From contig OZ244052.1 in assembly GCA_965215125.1 (NCBI GenBank), positions 1,440,001 through 1,504,000 of the forward strand: a DNA stretch of 64,000 nt. Direction: 5' to 3'. The translations under genes were made by a program, and so were the position numbers. The notes beneath the pieces are model-generated. The model had not been told where the DNA came from. It was given only the letters and a program-made list of their open reading frames with translations, and did not search any database. The stretch is from an uncultured candidatus Porisulfidus sp. GTDB taxonomy: Bacteria > Pseudomonadota > Gammaproteobacteria > Poriferisulfidales > Oxydemutatoraceae. Positions 36,616 to 45,727 of the stretch are shown one piece after another. Positions within the stretch are counted from its first letter, which is position 1; the number at the start of each line of letters is the position of its first letter.

Positions 36616-38475
36616 TTAGTATTGCTCGCGAACCAACGCAACGGGTTTTCCTTTATTAAATTTCGCCCAGTTCAAACGTCTATGCAGACGGCGATTTTCA
36701 TCTGCCGAAATATAGCCGGTTGCCCCGTGGAGTTCGGTACTGCTAATTGAAATTCGTCGTATCGTGTTGATCAATCGGTATGCATCTTTACCTAGTGCAT
36801 ACAGTCTAGGAAGTTTTTTGACCTTATCACTATCCGGGTAGCGCACGCGATCAACGATAAAAGGAATATCGTTATAGATTAAGCCGTCGAGTTCGCGCAA
36901 CAAGTCTTCTTTGCCCGGTTCATAGGCGTGCGACGACGCATAAACCGGAAGTTCGTCGGCATAATAAAACTTCATCAAAGGGTAGATAAGAACTGCGTTT
37001 TGATAGTTGGCGAATAACACTGCGGCGTTAATGTCGTCTCGTATACGCGGCTTGAAGTCCAATTTTTTCCCTACAACCCGTTCTATATCGGTATACCGTT
37101 GTATGCTTTGATTTAAGTCGAATAGCGACTGCACGCTGGGTGCATAATCTTCAAACTCGGTATCGTAATAATAGACCTCCTGTATCGTACCTTCCAGCTG
37201 CAGGTATACATCGGAGAATCGGCGCACCATGCGCTTGCCCCATTCGTTATCGGCAGCCATAACTACGACCGAGTTATATTTTTTGTCCAATAGTTTTTTG
37301 GCAATTTGTTCGGCTTCGTCTTCCGGATAAAGCCCGAATTGAAAAACTTCGCCTTTCGCGATGTGTTTCGCATCGCTTGCATAATTGAGTGTGATGGCGG
37401 GTGTCGGTAGCGGACTATGCTTTAACAATGCGTCAACATTCTTTTTGAGCAGTGGTCCGATGACCATATCGGCTCCTTTACGGGTAGCTTCTTGATAAAG
37501 TTCAACGATATTCCGATTTTGGTTTGAGTCGTAGATATCAATCTGCATTTCCTTTTGCGAGACGGTCGGTGAAGTATTTTGAGCCTCTTTTTGCGCAGCC
37601 AGAAAACCGTCTTTGATCGTTCTGCCGATGTTTGCATACCCACCGGTCAAAGGCAAGATCAGGGTAATTTTTTCGGGATTGAAATCAAAGTATGCCCAGC
37701 GTGAGAGTAGCTCATCAAAGGCGTAATCCGGCACTTCCAAGAGGCTGTGTTCGTCAACCCAAAGTTGATAATCCTGCTCCAGTCGGGTTGTGTCTATTTG
37801 TACCGGAGTTGCCAGCAGTGCGAGTTCAAGCCACGCCCTGAGTTCTTGGTTTGCCTCCTCGCTTGCTAGTCGTTCACGGGCATCTTCGGGATTTATAGCA
37901 ACCACGGTTTGCCAAATTTTGTCGGTGTTCGGTGAGTATTCGTCTTCACTCAAGAATTTTTTGATTCCTATATAGGTAGTCAGACTTTCTATATACCTAC
38001 GAGTATTTTTCAAGCCGTCGGCGCGCAACATCAATGCTTCTTTTTTGAGCACATCGTCGCCTTCGTCTATTAATGCTTCGGGCAATAGTGAGACTACCTT
38101 CTCGGGTTGTTTGATTTGTCTATAGAAAGTGGCAGTCAAAATTCTTTTATCGAGTACGGCTTGAGGTTCCAGTGCCTCTTCGTTTATTGCGATTAATTGT
38201 TTGTGGGCATTCAATAGATGTTGTCCTTTGATCAACATTCGGGAACTCTCTAGTTGCATTTTTTCTTTATGCGGTGAAGGCAGGTTGGCTGCAGCCTTCC
38301 ATAACACTTCTGCTGCCTGTAGATAGCGAGCTTCGTCTGCCAAGTTTTTTGCTTGAACATAGACATAATTCACCTTAATTTCATCTATAGGGTTGAGGCC
38401 GTGCAACTGAATATCGGCGCAACCACTTAGCAGCAACCCGATTAAAATAATGACAAAGTGTTTCTTATATTGCAT
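36616..38475 (-). CDS. lpoA: Penicillin-binding protein activator LpoA/LppC lipoprotein
   Basis: Lipobox LSGC, ILPLTG, IGPLLKKNV, RLYALGKDA, GATG; rsmI-lpoA-yraN synteny. Confidence 0.9.
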   Translation of the reverse strand: MQYKKHFVIILIGLLLSGCADIQLHGLNPIDEIKVNYVYVQAKNLADEARYLQAAEVLWKAAANLPSPHKEKMQLESSRMLIKGQHLLNAHKQLIAINEEALEPQAVLDKRILTATFYRQIKQPEKVVSLLPEALIDEGDDVLKKEALMLRADGLKNTRRYIESLTTYIGIKKFLSEDEYSPNTDKIWQTVVAINPEDARERLASEEANQELRAWLELALLATPVQIDTTRLEQDYQLWVDEHSLLEVPDYAFDELLSRWAYFDFNPEKITLILPLTGGYANIGRTIKDGFLAAQKEAQNTSPTVSQKEMQIDIYDSNQNRNIVELYQEATRKGADMVIGPLLKKNVDALLKHSPLPTPAITLNYASDAKHIAKGEVFQFGLYPEDEAEQIAKKLLDKKYNSVVVMAADNEWGKRMVRRFSDVYLQLEGTIQEVYYYDTEFEDYAPSVQSLFDLNQSIQRYTDIERVVGKKLDFKPRIRDDINAAVLFANYQNAVLIYPLMKFYYADELPVYASSHAYEPGKEDLLRELDGLIYNDIPFIVDRVRYPDSDKVKKLPRLYALGKDAYRLINTIRRISISSTELHGATGYISADENRRLHRRLNWAKFNKGKPVALVREQY

Positions 38476-38533
38476 CTGTATATACTCATAGAAAGAGAAT
38501 TTATTTTCGCCGATTGCTGTTATTCTACTATAC

Positions 38534-39370
38534 ATGAAAGCCGTAGACGCCGAAGGCATATTGTATATCGTCGCAACGCCCATAGGTAATCTAGCCGATC
38601 TTAGTTTTAGGGCTGTGGAAGTGTTGCGCGAAGCTGATTGTGTGTTATGCGAGGATACCCGCACCAGTTCCGTTTTATTAGCGCATTATCAAGTCGGCAC
38701 CCCCAAATTGAGTCTGCATGCGCATAACGAAGCCCAACGGTGTAAATCTCTGATTAAAAGGTTAAAACAAGGACAGCGGCTGGCCATGATAAGCGATGCC
38801 GGCACTCCGTTGTTTAGCGATGCCGGGCATTTGCTTGTCGCTGCGTGTCATCGCGAGCGGATCCCGGTAGTGCCTATCCCGGGTGCGAATGCGGTTGCTG
38901 CTGCGTTGTCGTGTGCAGGTTTTGGGTGTGATCGCTTTGTCTTCGAGGGTTTTTTGCCGGCGCAGCGCATTGCGCGCGTCAAACACTTGCAGAATCTGAA
39001 GAGGGAAAATCGTATCATGGTTTTTTTTGAAGCACCGCATCGGATTATTGCTACCATCAACGATATGATAGAAGTTTTCGGAAAAGAACGCACTGCTTGT
39101 TTAGCCAAGGAACTTAGTAAAATTCACGAGCATATCATTCGTGGTAGTCTGTCCGACATCGAACGCTGGCTGTCCGAGTCCGAAAAACAAAGCAAAGGTG
39201 AGTTTGTTATACTATTGGATGCTTGTGTATCAATGCCCGAAGCGGAAATCACCATAAAGGTTGAAGATTTAGTGCGGATTTTATCCGGACATTTATCGCC
39301 CGGTAAAGCAGCTAAGGTCGCTGCAACGCTAAGCGGGATGCCTCGCAAGCATTTATATTTTAAGAAATAG
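38534..39370 (+). CDS. rsmI: 16S rRNA (cytidine1402-2'-O)-methyltransferase
   Basis: LYIVATPIGNLAD, CEDTR, SDAGTP, FEGFLP, EAPHR. Confidence 0.97.
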   Translation: MKAVDAEGILYIVATPIGNLADLSFRAVEVLREADCVLCEDTRTSSVLLAHYQVGTPKLSLHAHNEAQRCKSLIKRLKQGQRLAMISDAGTPLFSDAGHLLVAACHRERIPVVPIPGANAVAAALSCAGFGCDRFVFEGFLPAQRIARVKHLQNLKRENRIMVFFEAPHRIIATINDMIEVFGKERTACLAKELSKIHEHIIRGSLSDIERWLSESEKQSKGEFVILLDACVSMPEAEITIKVEDLVRILSGHLSPGKAAKVAATLSGMPRKHLYFKK

Positions 39371-39387
39371 GTATTTAGGAACACGAA

Positions 39388-40116
39388 ATGAACAATACAA
39401 GAACTCAATATTTTAGATTTTTGAAGTCTTCGAACAACCGACAAAGTGGTCCTAAACTTTGTTTAGTTTCGTTATTGGCGTTGCTTTTAATGCAGCAGAG
39501 TATTGTTGCCGAACAACCTCAACCGCATCCCATTATTGATAAACCGGTACCGGGTTATACGAGATCCGAGCGACTTTCCGAGATGACGCTTGAGCAACTG
39601 CTAAAACTCAGAGACGAGTATGCGGCGGAAATGAAAACCTTGAATAGCATCGTTACAAAGACGCACAAGAACGACCGGTATCTAATTGATAAGCTCCTCG
39701 CCTACGACCGCGAACGGTTGCGTATCATAGAAGTTATTCCGGTTTTGATTAAAGACTACGATATACAATCACCTTTCAGCGAATCGTTGCTCCGTTATGC
39801 ACAAACTTTTGAAAATTTGGACAAGCAGTATAAAGGGAAACTCAAAACACTGGAAGATTATCGCTCTTATGATTTTCGTTTGGGGATGGCATATATGTCG
39901 ATGATGGCATCTTTACAAGAGCAGGCGGATCTATACCAAAGTCTGCACGCCGATATGGAAAACGAAGATACCGCTATCGGTGCGTATATCAAACAACTTA
40001 ATATTGCTTATGCGGAAGTGGAAAAAGCAAGCGACGATATAGTTGAACTCAATACGATACGCCATCTAAGCCGAGAGATTGAGCGTATAGAACAGGAACT
40101 GAACAGCCGTCGTTAA
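39388..40116 (+). CDS. Exported alpha-helical hypothetical protein
   Basis: Signal-like hydrophobic stretch; the 242-aa ORF fills the gap exactly. Confidence 0.65.
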   Translation: MNNTRTQYFRFLKSSNNRQSGPKLCLVSLLALLLMQQSIVAEQPQPHPIIDKPVPGYTRSERLSEMTLEQLLKLRDEYAAEMKTLNSIVTKTHKNDRYLIDKLLAYDRERLRIIEVIPVLIKDYDIQSPFSESLLRYAQTFENLDKQYKGKLKTLEDYRSYDFRLGMAYMSMMASLQEQADLYQSLHADMENEDTAIGAYIKQLNIAYAEVEKASDDIVELNTIRHLSREIERIEQELNSRR

Positions 40117-40117
40117 T

Positions 40118-40984
40118 TTATTTGAGAAGAGCACTCGCACGGCTGTAGATTTCTTCGGCATCCAAAACCAATTCGTTATGCTCAAACAAAGCCGCTATAC
40201 ATGCGCGCTGTAATTTGAGCTTCAATGCACCGACCGCAAGCCCACCGAAGATGGTGTAGCGGTTGTGGTATCGCACCTTAGAGTCCATCATATTTATTCC
40301 CTCTATACCCAACGGTGGTTTCGTATTGACATCGACCATCGCTTCTAAAGTCGGGTGGGTTTGCCACTGTGCCGCCGCTAGCAGTTGTACACCGGTTTTG
40401 CCGGCGCAGAATACGATGTGTGCACCGTCCAGTGCGGCATCGGTGCTTTGATTATCGTTACATTCGCAAGGCTGCAATTCAATACGGTATTGTTTGTCGG
40501 CAAGCTCGCAGGCTTGTTCGGCACGAACCAGTCTGCGTGAAGTAAGCCGCACCGCTTTAGCACCTGCTTGAGCCAACATGACCGCCGCGCGTTGTCCGAC
40601 CGGTCCGGTACCTGCCAACACTGTTACAATTTTTCCCGAGAGCATATGATGTTTGGCTAGCAATGCAACACCGGCTGCCGCCGTAGTATTGCAACCGCAG
40701 CTATCCAACATAATGGAAACGCGAAATCTATCGAAGAATTGTGCGCACACGGTTTCCTTTAAGGATTCGCCTTTATCCAAATCACTGCCGCCGATCATAA
40801 TCGCAGTGTTATGTTTATGCTTAGGCGGGCGCGTGTAGATGGCACCCTCTACGACCGAAGAGCATTTATCGGCTGCGATTTCGGCATAAGAAATCACATT
40901 GTCAACACCGGCATCGAAGGCGACGACGGCATCGAAGGTACTGGCGATTGAGTCGGTATCTAAGTAAATTAGTATTTTCTTCAT
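40118..40984 (-). CDS. mtdA: NADP-dependent methylene-H4MPT/H4F dehydrogenase
   Basis: DTDSIASTFDAVVAFDAG, GAIYTR, FRVSIMLDS, NTTAAAGV and AGTGPVG align with MtdA as I recall it. Confidence 0.88.
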   Translation of the reverse strand: MKKILIYLDTDSIASTFDAVVAFDAGVDNVISYAEIAADKCSSVVEGAIYTRPPKHKHNTAIMIGGSDLDKGESLKETVCAQFFDRFRVSIMLDSCGCNTTAAAGVALLAKHHMLSGKIVTVLAGTGPVGQRAAVMLAQAGAKAVRLTSRRLVRAEQACELADKQYRIELQPCECNDNQSTDAALDGAHIVFCAGKTGVQLLAAAQWQTHPTLEAMVDVNTKPPLGIEGINMMDSKVRYHNRYTIFGGLAVGALKLKLQRACIAALFEHNELVLDAEEIYSRASALLK

Positions 40985-41040
40985 ATCTGATATCCGCAAA
41001 CAGCCTATTTTAGACTATAAGCGGTAGGTAATAAAAGCTA

Positions 41041-41086
41041 TTGACTTAGGCTTAAAAATATGTAGACTAGTGTAAAGCACACTAGT
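41041..41086 (+). promoter_or_regulatory. Sigma70-like promoter with overlapping palindromic operator for the T3SS operon
   Basis: TTGACT-N16-TAGACT; perfect inverted repeat ACTAGTGT-AAAGC-ACACTAGT (41066-41086) over the -10/+1 region. Confidence 0.5.
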
Positions 41087-41114
41087 GCATAACTAATTAA
41101 CAAAGGAGGGGGAA

Positions 41115-41396
41115 ATGAACGAAAAACAATTAAACGATCAAATCAAAGAGGGGGAAGCCTTAGTCGCAAGAGCCTCAAAGTTAGTGGCAGACCATAATTC
41201 GCTTTACGAAAAGGCTGGCATTGGCGACAATCTTATAGACGAGATTCTAGTTAACGATAACTTTAATTCGGAGTTTAAGGATAAGATAAGAGAGGAACAT
41301 GCTAGAACTATTTCCGAAATGGAATCACAATCCAGATCGGATACTCAAACCGGAGAAAATAAAATTGCCTCTCGTAGTGGTGTTACTAAGATATAA
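41115..41396 (+). CDS. Small T3SS-associated protein, possible tip-protein chaperone
   Basis: Strong RBS, acidic helical 93 aa, first gene before the tip paralogs. Confidence 0.55.
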   Translation: MNEKQLNDQIKEGEALVARASKLVADHNSLYEKAGIGDNLIDEILVNDNFNSEFKDKIREEHARTISEMESQSRSDTQTGENKIASRSGVTKI

Positions 41397-41431
41397 CATC
41401 ACCGGTTGCATCATCAAATAAAGGAGGGAAC

Positions 41432-41974
41432 ATGGCAACAGAAAATGTATCAAGCCCCGGCCAGCAATCGATAGACTTAAATAATTACGATGTCGGGGTT
41501 ACGCAAACTTCGAGTAATCATCAAATGAATATAGATCTGGCGGTTCAGTTGATATTTCTACAATACAACAAACTGATGAATTTACGCACGCAAGATAAAT
41601 TGGAGCAGGTCAAAGCCACCTTAGCCGAGATGAATGCGTGCCGTGAGATGTATAGTCAGATGAAAGCGTTGCAGCAGAAGGCCGGCGGGAAGGGCACTTC
41701 GACGATGCCTCAAGACATGTTGGATTTTCTAAATGCCCGAGGTATTAAACACGATACAACGGGTAATGATAATATACATAATCACGATGAGTGGGACGTA
41801 AATATGCAGTATCTTGATTCGTATATGCAAAAAATAAGTGGTCAGAATAAAACACAAATGCTGGAATTGAACCAATGTGTGGAAGACGGTAACAATGCAC
41901 TAAGAGAAGTCTCTACCGTATTTTCGAAGTATTCGGAGATACTTGAGTCCATCATTCAAACAATTAATAGATAA
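41432..41974 (+). CDS. T3SS tip/filament protein, Bsp22/EspA-like (copy 1)
   Basis: C-terminal helix NKTQMLELNQCVEDGNNALREVSTVFSKYSEILESIIQTINR resembles the Bsp22 C-terminus; followed by a SycD chaperone and SctE. Confidence 0.65.
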   Translation: MATENVSSPGQQSIDLNNYDVGVTQTSSNHQMNIDLAVQLIFLQYNKLMNLRTQDKLEQVKATLAEMNACREMYSQMKALQQKAGGKGTSTMPQDMLDFLNARGIKHDTTGNDNIHNHDEWDVNMQYLDSYMQKISGQNKTQMLELNQCVEDGNNALREVSTVFSKYSEILESIIQTINR

Positions 41975-42009
41975 ATGATACAAGTTTAATTATTAAACAG
42001 GAGGGAAAT

Positions 42010-42555
42010 ATGTCAACAGAAAATGTATCGGGACCCGGTCAGCAATCGGTAGACTTAAATAATTACGATGTCGGGGTTACGCAAACCTCGAGTAATCATC
42101 AAATGAATATAGATCTGGCGGTTCAGTTAATATTTCTACAATACAACAAACTGATGAATTTGCGTACCCAGGATAAATTGGGGCAGGTGAAAAACACCTT
42201 AGCCGAGATGAATGCGTGTCGTGAGATGTATAGTCGGATGAAAGCATTACAGCAGCAGGCCAAGACCAGTGGTAAGAATGTTGCGATGCCTCAAGACATG
42301 TTGGACTTTATCAACGCTCGCGGCGTTAAACACGATACAACCGATAACGATAACTTACATAACGCGGATCAGTGGGACGTAAATATGCAGTATCTTGATT
42401 CGTATATGCAAAAAATAAGTGGTCAGAATAAAACACAAATGTTGGAATTGAACCAATGTGTGGAAGACGGCAACAATGCACTCAGGGAAGTCTCTACCGT
42501 GTTTTCGAAGTATTCGGAGATACTTCAGTCTATCATTCAGACTATTAACAGATAA
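42010..42555 (+). CDS. T3SS tip/filament protein, Bsp22/EspA-like (copy 2)
   Basis: Tandem paralog, near-identical at both termini and divergent in the middle. Confidence 0.65.
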   Translation: MSTENVSGPGQQSVDLNNYDVGVTQTSSNHQMNIDLAVQLIFLQYNKLMNLRTQDKLGQVKNTLAEMNACREMYSRMKALQQQAKTSGKNVAMPQDMLDFINARGVKHDTTDNDNLHNADQWDVNMQYLDSYMQKISGQNKTQMLELNQCVEDGNNALREVSTVFSKYSEILQSIIQTINR

Positions 42556-42582
42556 ATATTTTGCATCCGGGGGAGTAATTTT

Positions 42583-43059
42583 ATGGACAGCTTAAAAGCT
42601 GTAGAATCAATAACACAAATAATGTCGGATTATGCCGACAAAGTCTTACAGGGCAAAAAGACTGTTTATGAGGCTAGAGGCATAGATCAACAAGCAATGG
42701 ATAGTTTGTATATGGTTGCTCAGCGTTTCTATAAAAATGGAAAATACGAAGATGCAATGAGAATTTTCCGCCAGCTGTGTTTTTACGACCATAATAATAT
42801 TCATTACTGGCTCGGTTTAGGGTATAGCCAAAAGATGTTGAAAGACTACAGAGATGCGATGACCACTTTGAGTTTTGTACTAGCTTATCTCGACGATAGT
42901 GATAAAGATGCGGAGGTTTATCTACAACTTGCCGAGTGTTGCAGTTTCTTGGGTAGAAACGAAGAAGCCGAGGAATATGCTACCGAAGCAATGAAAAGCG
43001 ATGACCGGGCCATAAAAGATCACGCCGGCGTATTAATAGAAGCGGTTAATAATCGTTGA
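42583..43059 (+). CDS. SycD/LcrH-family translocator chaperone (TPR)
   Basis: LYMVAQRFYKNGKYEDAMRIFRQLCFYDH, YWLGLG. Confidence 0.85.
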   Translation: MDSLKAVESITQIMSDYADKVLQGKKTVYEARGIDQQAMDSLYMVAQRFYKNGKYEDAMRIFRQLCFYDHNNIHYWLGLGYSQKMLKDYRDAMTTLSFVLAYLDDSDKDAEVYLQLAECCSFLGRNEEAEEYATEAMKSDDRAIKDHAGVLIEAVNNR

Positions 43060-43081
43060 ATTACCTAAGGAGGAAATAGAT

Positions 43082-44392
43082 ATGGCAAATGATGATATTG
43101 GTTTGAATACGGCAACTGCGCCTTCGGTACGGGGCACTCCATCATCCGGCACTGCGACGGTATCTTCGGTATCGCATTCTAAGAGTCCACGGGTAGATGC
43201 AGGTGCTACCGGTGCCGGCCCGGTATACGGTGGTCAAACGACTAACGACGGACCGGTTCTTACTTTGCCGAAAACGATGGCAGCGAGTGTGATGACTGCA
43301 TTGTTGATGTCGTTGCAGCAGAAAGTGTCGTCGGAGCGTATAAAAGATGCCAAAGAGGAGATAAAAGCACAAACCGCAGATGCACAGCAAAAGGATCAAA
43401 AAAGAATAGACGACATAGAAAAAGCAATAAAGGCGAGAGAGAAAGCCAAGCATCATGGTCTACTAGGAAAGATATTCGGATGGGTTGGTGTTGCCTTGAC
43501 TTATGTTGCGGCGGCGGTTGTAACCGTAGCTTCGGGTGGGGCTGCAGCAGCACCCGTGCTTGCGGCAGCCGTATTGATGACCGGGTTGATGATCGCACAA
43601 GAAACAGGCGGTATGGATAAACTTGCAAAAGCTATGCACCTCGGTAAGAAGGCGGAAATGGGTTTGATGATAGGTTTGACTGCGGCAATTTTGGTCGTTA
43701 GCTTGGTAGGTGTGGTAGCGAGCGGTGGTAGTGCTGCCGTGGGCATGGTGTCTTCAATTGCGAGTGCGGTGTCGCGGGCGACTGCAACCGGTGCCGAAAT
43801 AGGTGCCAGTGCTGCGGACATGACGGCGGCGGGTTCGGAAACCGCAAGTGTCGTTGCCGACATTAGTGCCGAAGCCACCGAAGGTGCTTCGGAAAGCATC
43901 GAGATGAGTGCCGATGTCGGAGAGATTGCATCGTCGGCTTCCGATGCCGGTGATGCAGTAGAGGAAACGAGTTTTAGCGGGACCGAGGCCGATTCCGAAG
44001 TCAACGAGGCTAGTTCGGAGGCAAGCGAGGTAAGCGACGAGGCATCCGATAGCAGTAAAGCACAAGAAATAGCGGAAAAATCTGCGAGCAGAACGCAAAG
44101 AGTTGCGGCGCGAGTCGGAAATTTGGTCAATGTTGCATCGGCGGGTACTTCGGTCGGTAGCGGTATTGAAGGTATTCAAACGGCAGAGTCCGAACACGAC
44201 GCTTCAATGGCTGATGCGGATGCGACCGATCAACAAGCCTCTATAGCACAAATAGAGGCAATACAAGCTGCGGCGATTAGAAAGCTAAAAAAGATTCTTG
44301 AAGATATGCAAGCCAATGCAAGCACCATATTTTCTATCGCCTCTTCGGCGAACAAACTAACCGAAGAGATAACCAAGGGTTCTTCCGCCTGA
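43082..44392 (+). CDS. sctE: T3SS major translocon protein (YopB/IpaB/BopB family)
   Basis: Coiled coil, then GLLGKIFGW and hydrophobic VVTVASGGAAAAP hairpin, second TM, C-terminal coiled coil; flanked by SycD chaperones. Confidence 0.85.
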   Translation: MANDDIGLNTATAPSVRGTPSSGTATVSSVSHSKSPRVDAGATGAGPVYGGQTTNDGPVLTLPKTMAASVMTALLMSLQQKVSSERIKDAKEEIKAQTADAQQKDQKRIDDIEKAIKAREKAKHHGLLGKIFGWVGVALTYVAAAVVTVASGGAAAAPVLAAAVLMTGLMIAQETGGMDKLAKAMHLGKKAEMGLMIGLTAAILVVSLVGVVASGGSAAVGMVSSIASAVSRATATGAEIGASAADMTAAGSETASVVADISAEATEGASESIEMSADVGEIASSASDAGDAVEETSFSGTEADSEVNEASSEASEVSDEASDSSKAQEIAEKSASRTQRVAARVGNLVNVASAGTSVGSGIEGIQTAESEHDASMADADATDQQASIAQIEAIQAAAIRKLKKILEDMQANASTIFSIASSANKLTEEITKGSSA

Positions 44393-44421
44393 TTACCATA
44401 TAAACAACGGGGGGTATAAAA

Positions 44422-44946
44422 ATGAATAATTTGCATGCTAGGCTTGCGGAAATATCGGCACTGCCGGAAAGCGATGCTAAATGGCAAAAAATAGAGGACT
44501 TGGCAACAAATCTATTTGAAGAGGGCGTATCGCTCGGCACGATCAAAGGTTTTACGGTAGACGAAATAGAGGCTGCCTACCACATGGCTTACGGTCTTTA
44601 TCAGCAAAGGCGTTTCGATGAGGCGTTGAAATTATTTCAATATTTCGCTATACACGAGCATACCGACAGACGCTTTTGGATGGGGTGGGCTGCGTGCTTG
44701 CAAAAACTTAGAAAATACGAACCTGCAATCAAGGCATACAGTGTTGCGACTATGCTTGATATAGGGCAACCCGACGGGCCTTTCCACGCTGCCGAGTGTT
44801 ATATCGCAATGAAGGATTGGGATAACGCAAAACAATCTTTGGAAACGGTGCTAACCATTGCCGAAGGAGAAGATGCGCACGTAGCCTATGCCGAGCGTGC
44901 AGTTAATCTTATAGAACTAGTCAGTAATAATCAAAAGGAGGAATAA
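44422..44946 (+). CDS. SycD/LcrH-family translocator chaperone (TPR)
   Basis: IEAAYHMAYGLYQQ, RFWMGWAACLQ, PFHAAEC. Confidence 0.92.
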   Translation: MNNLHARLAEISALPESDAKWQKIEDLATNLFEEGVSLGTIKGFTVDEIEAAYHMAYGLYQQRRFDEALKLFQYFAIHEHTDRRFWMGWAACLQKLRKYEPAIKAYSVATMLDIGQPDGPFHAAECYIAMKDWDNAKQSLETVLTIAEGEDAHVAYAERAVNLIELVSNNQKEE

Positions 44947-44948
44947 TC

Positions 44949-45407
44949 ATGTCATACAGAGAAGACTTTAAGAACATACTCAAGCATTTCGGTGCCGGTA
45001 TCAACTTGCCTGATCTGAACTTGGACGAGGATAACCGATGTAACCTTTTCTTCGACGAAGTGCCGGTGAGTATAGAGGTCAGTCCCAATGAGCAATACGT
45101 TTATATGTATTCTTATTTAGGCGATGTGCCGCTAGCCAACTCCGAGAGTATGGGGAATAAATTACTGGAGGCTAATTACATATACGGAGAAACCGAAAGA
45201 TGTACATTGGGAATTCAGAATATTTCACGGAAGGTTGCATTGATCTGCAACGAGAGAATCAAGGGAATGGACTTGTCGGATTTTGAGCAATCTTTGGAGA
45301 ATTTTATCAATGTAGCGGAATATTGGATGAAAAGTCTAAGTGCCCCCGAAGCGCAAAGCGATAAAACTACCGACCAAGATGTAGATTCAAGTGTGATGAA
45401 AGTTTAA
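44949..45407 (+). CDS. Class I T3SS effector chaperone (CesT/SicP family)
   Basis: Acidic 152 aa; LNLDEDNRCNLFFD, LLEAN, LENFINVAEYW. Confidence 0.85.
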   Translation: MSYREDFKNILKHFGAGINLPDLNLDEDNRCNLFFDEVPVSIEVSPNEQYVYMYSYLGDVPLANSESMGNKLLEANYIYGETERCTLGIQNISRKVALICNERIKGMDLSDFEQSLENFINVAEYWMKSLSAPEAQSDKTTDQDVDSSVMKV

Positions 45408-45449
45408 TCTTTATCACAGCCGGAAATTAAACAATGAGGAGGGGGACTC

Positions 45450-45689
45450 ATGGCAAACGAGAAATTAGAATTTTCTCTGGAAGAGAAACTTAAAGCAGAT
45501 GATCAAGGAGAATTAAAGCAAAAAATACAAACTCGATTAAACGATGAGATTCTGGAGATAGACAAAACCTTGAGTAATGGTGTTGCTCCGGAGGAATACA
45601 CTTCGCTTAATCAAGTCAGGATAGGTTTGCAGAGTGCACTCGTAGTACTCGAAAAAGTTTGGCAGCAACTTCATAAAGACAAGGCTTAA
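45450..45689 (+). CDS. YscE/EscE/SsaE-family needle co-chaperone
   Basis: LEEKL...GVAPEEY...LQSALVVL two-helix pattern. Confidence 0.7.
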   Translation: MANEKLEFSLEEKLKADDQGELKQKIQTRLNDEILEIDKTLSNGVAPEEYTSLNQVRIGLQSALVVLEKVWQQLHKDKA

Positions 45690-45727
45690 ACAGCCATAAA
45701 TATTTGTCGGAGGAGGAGGGATGAAAA

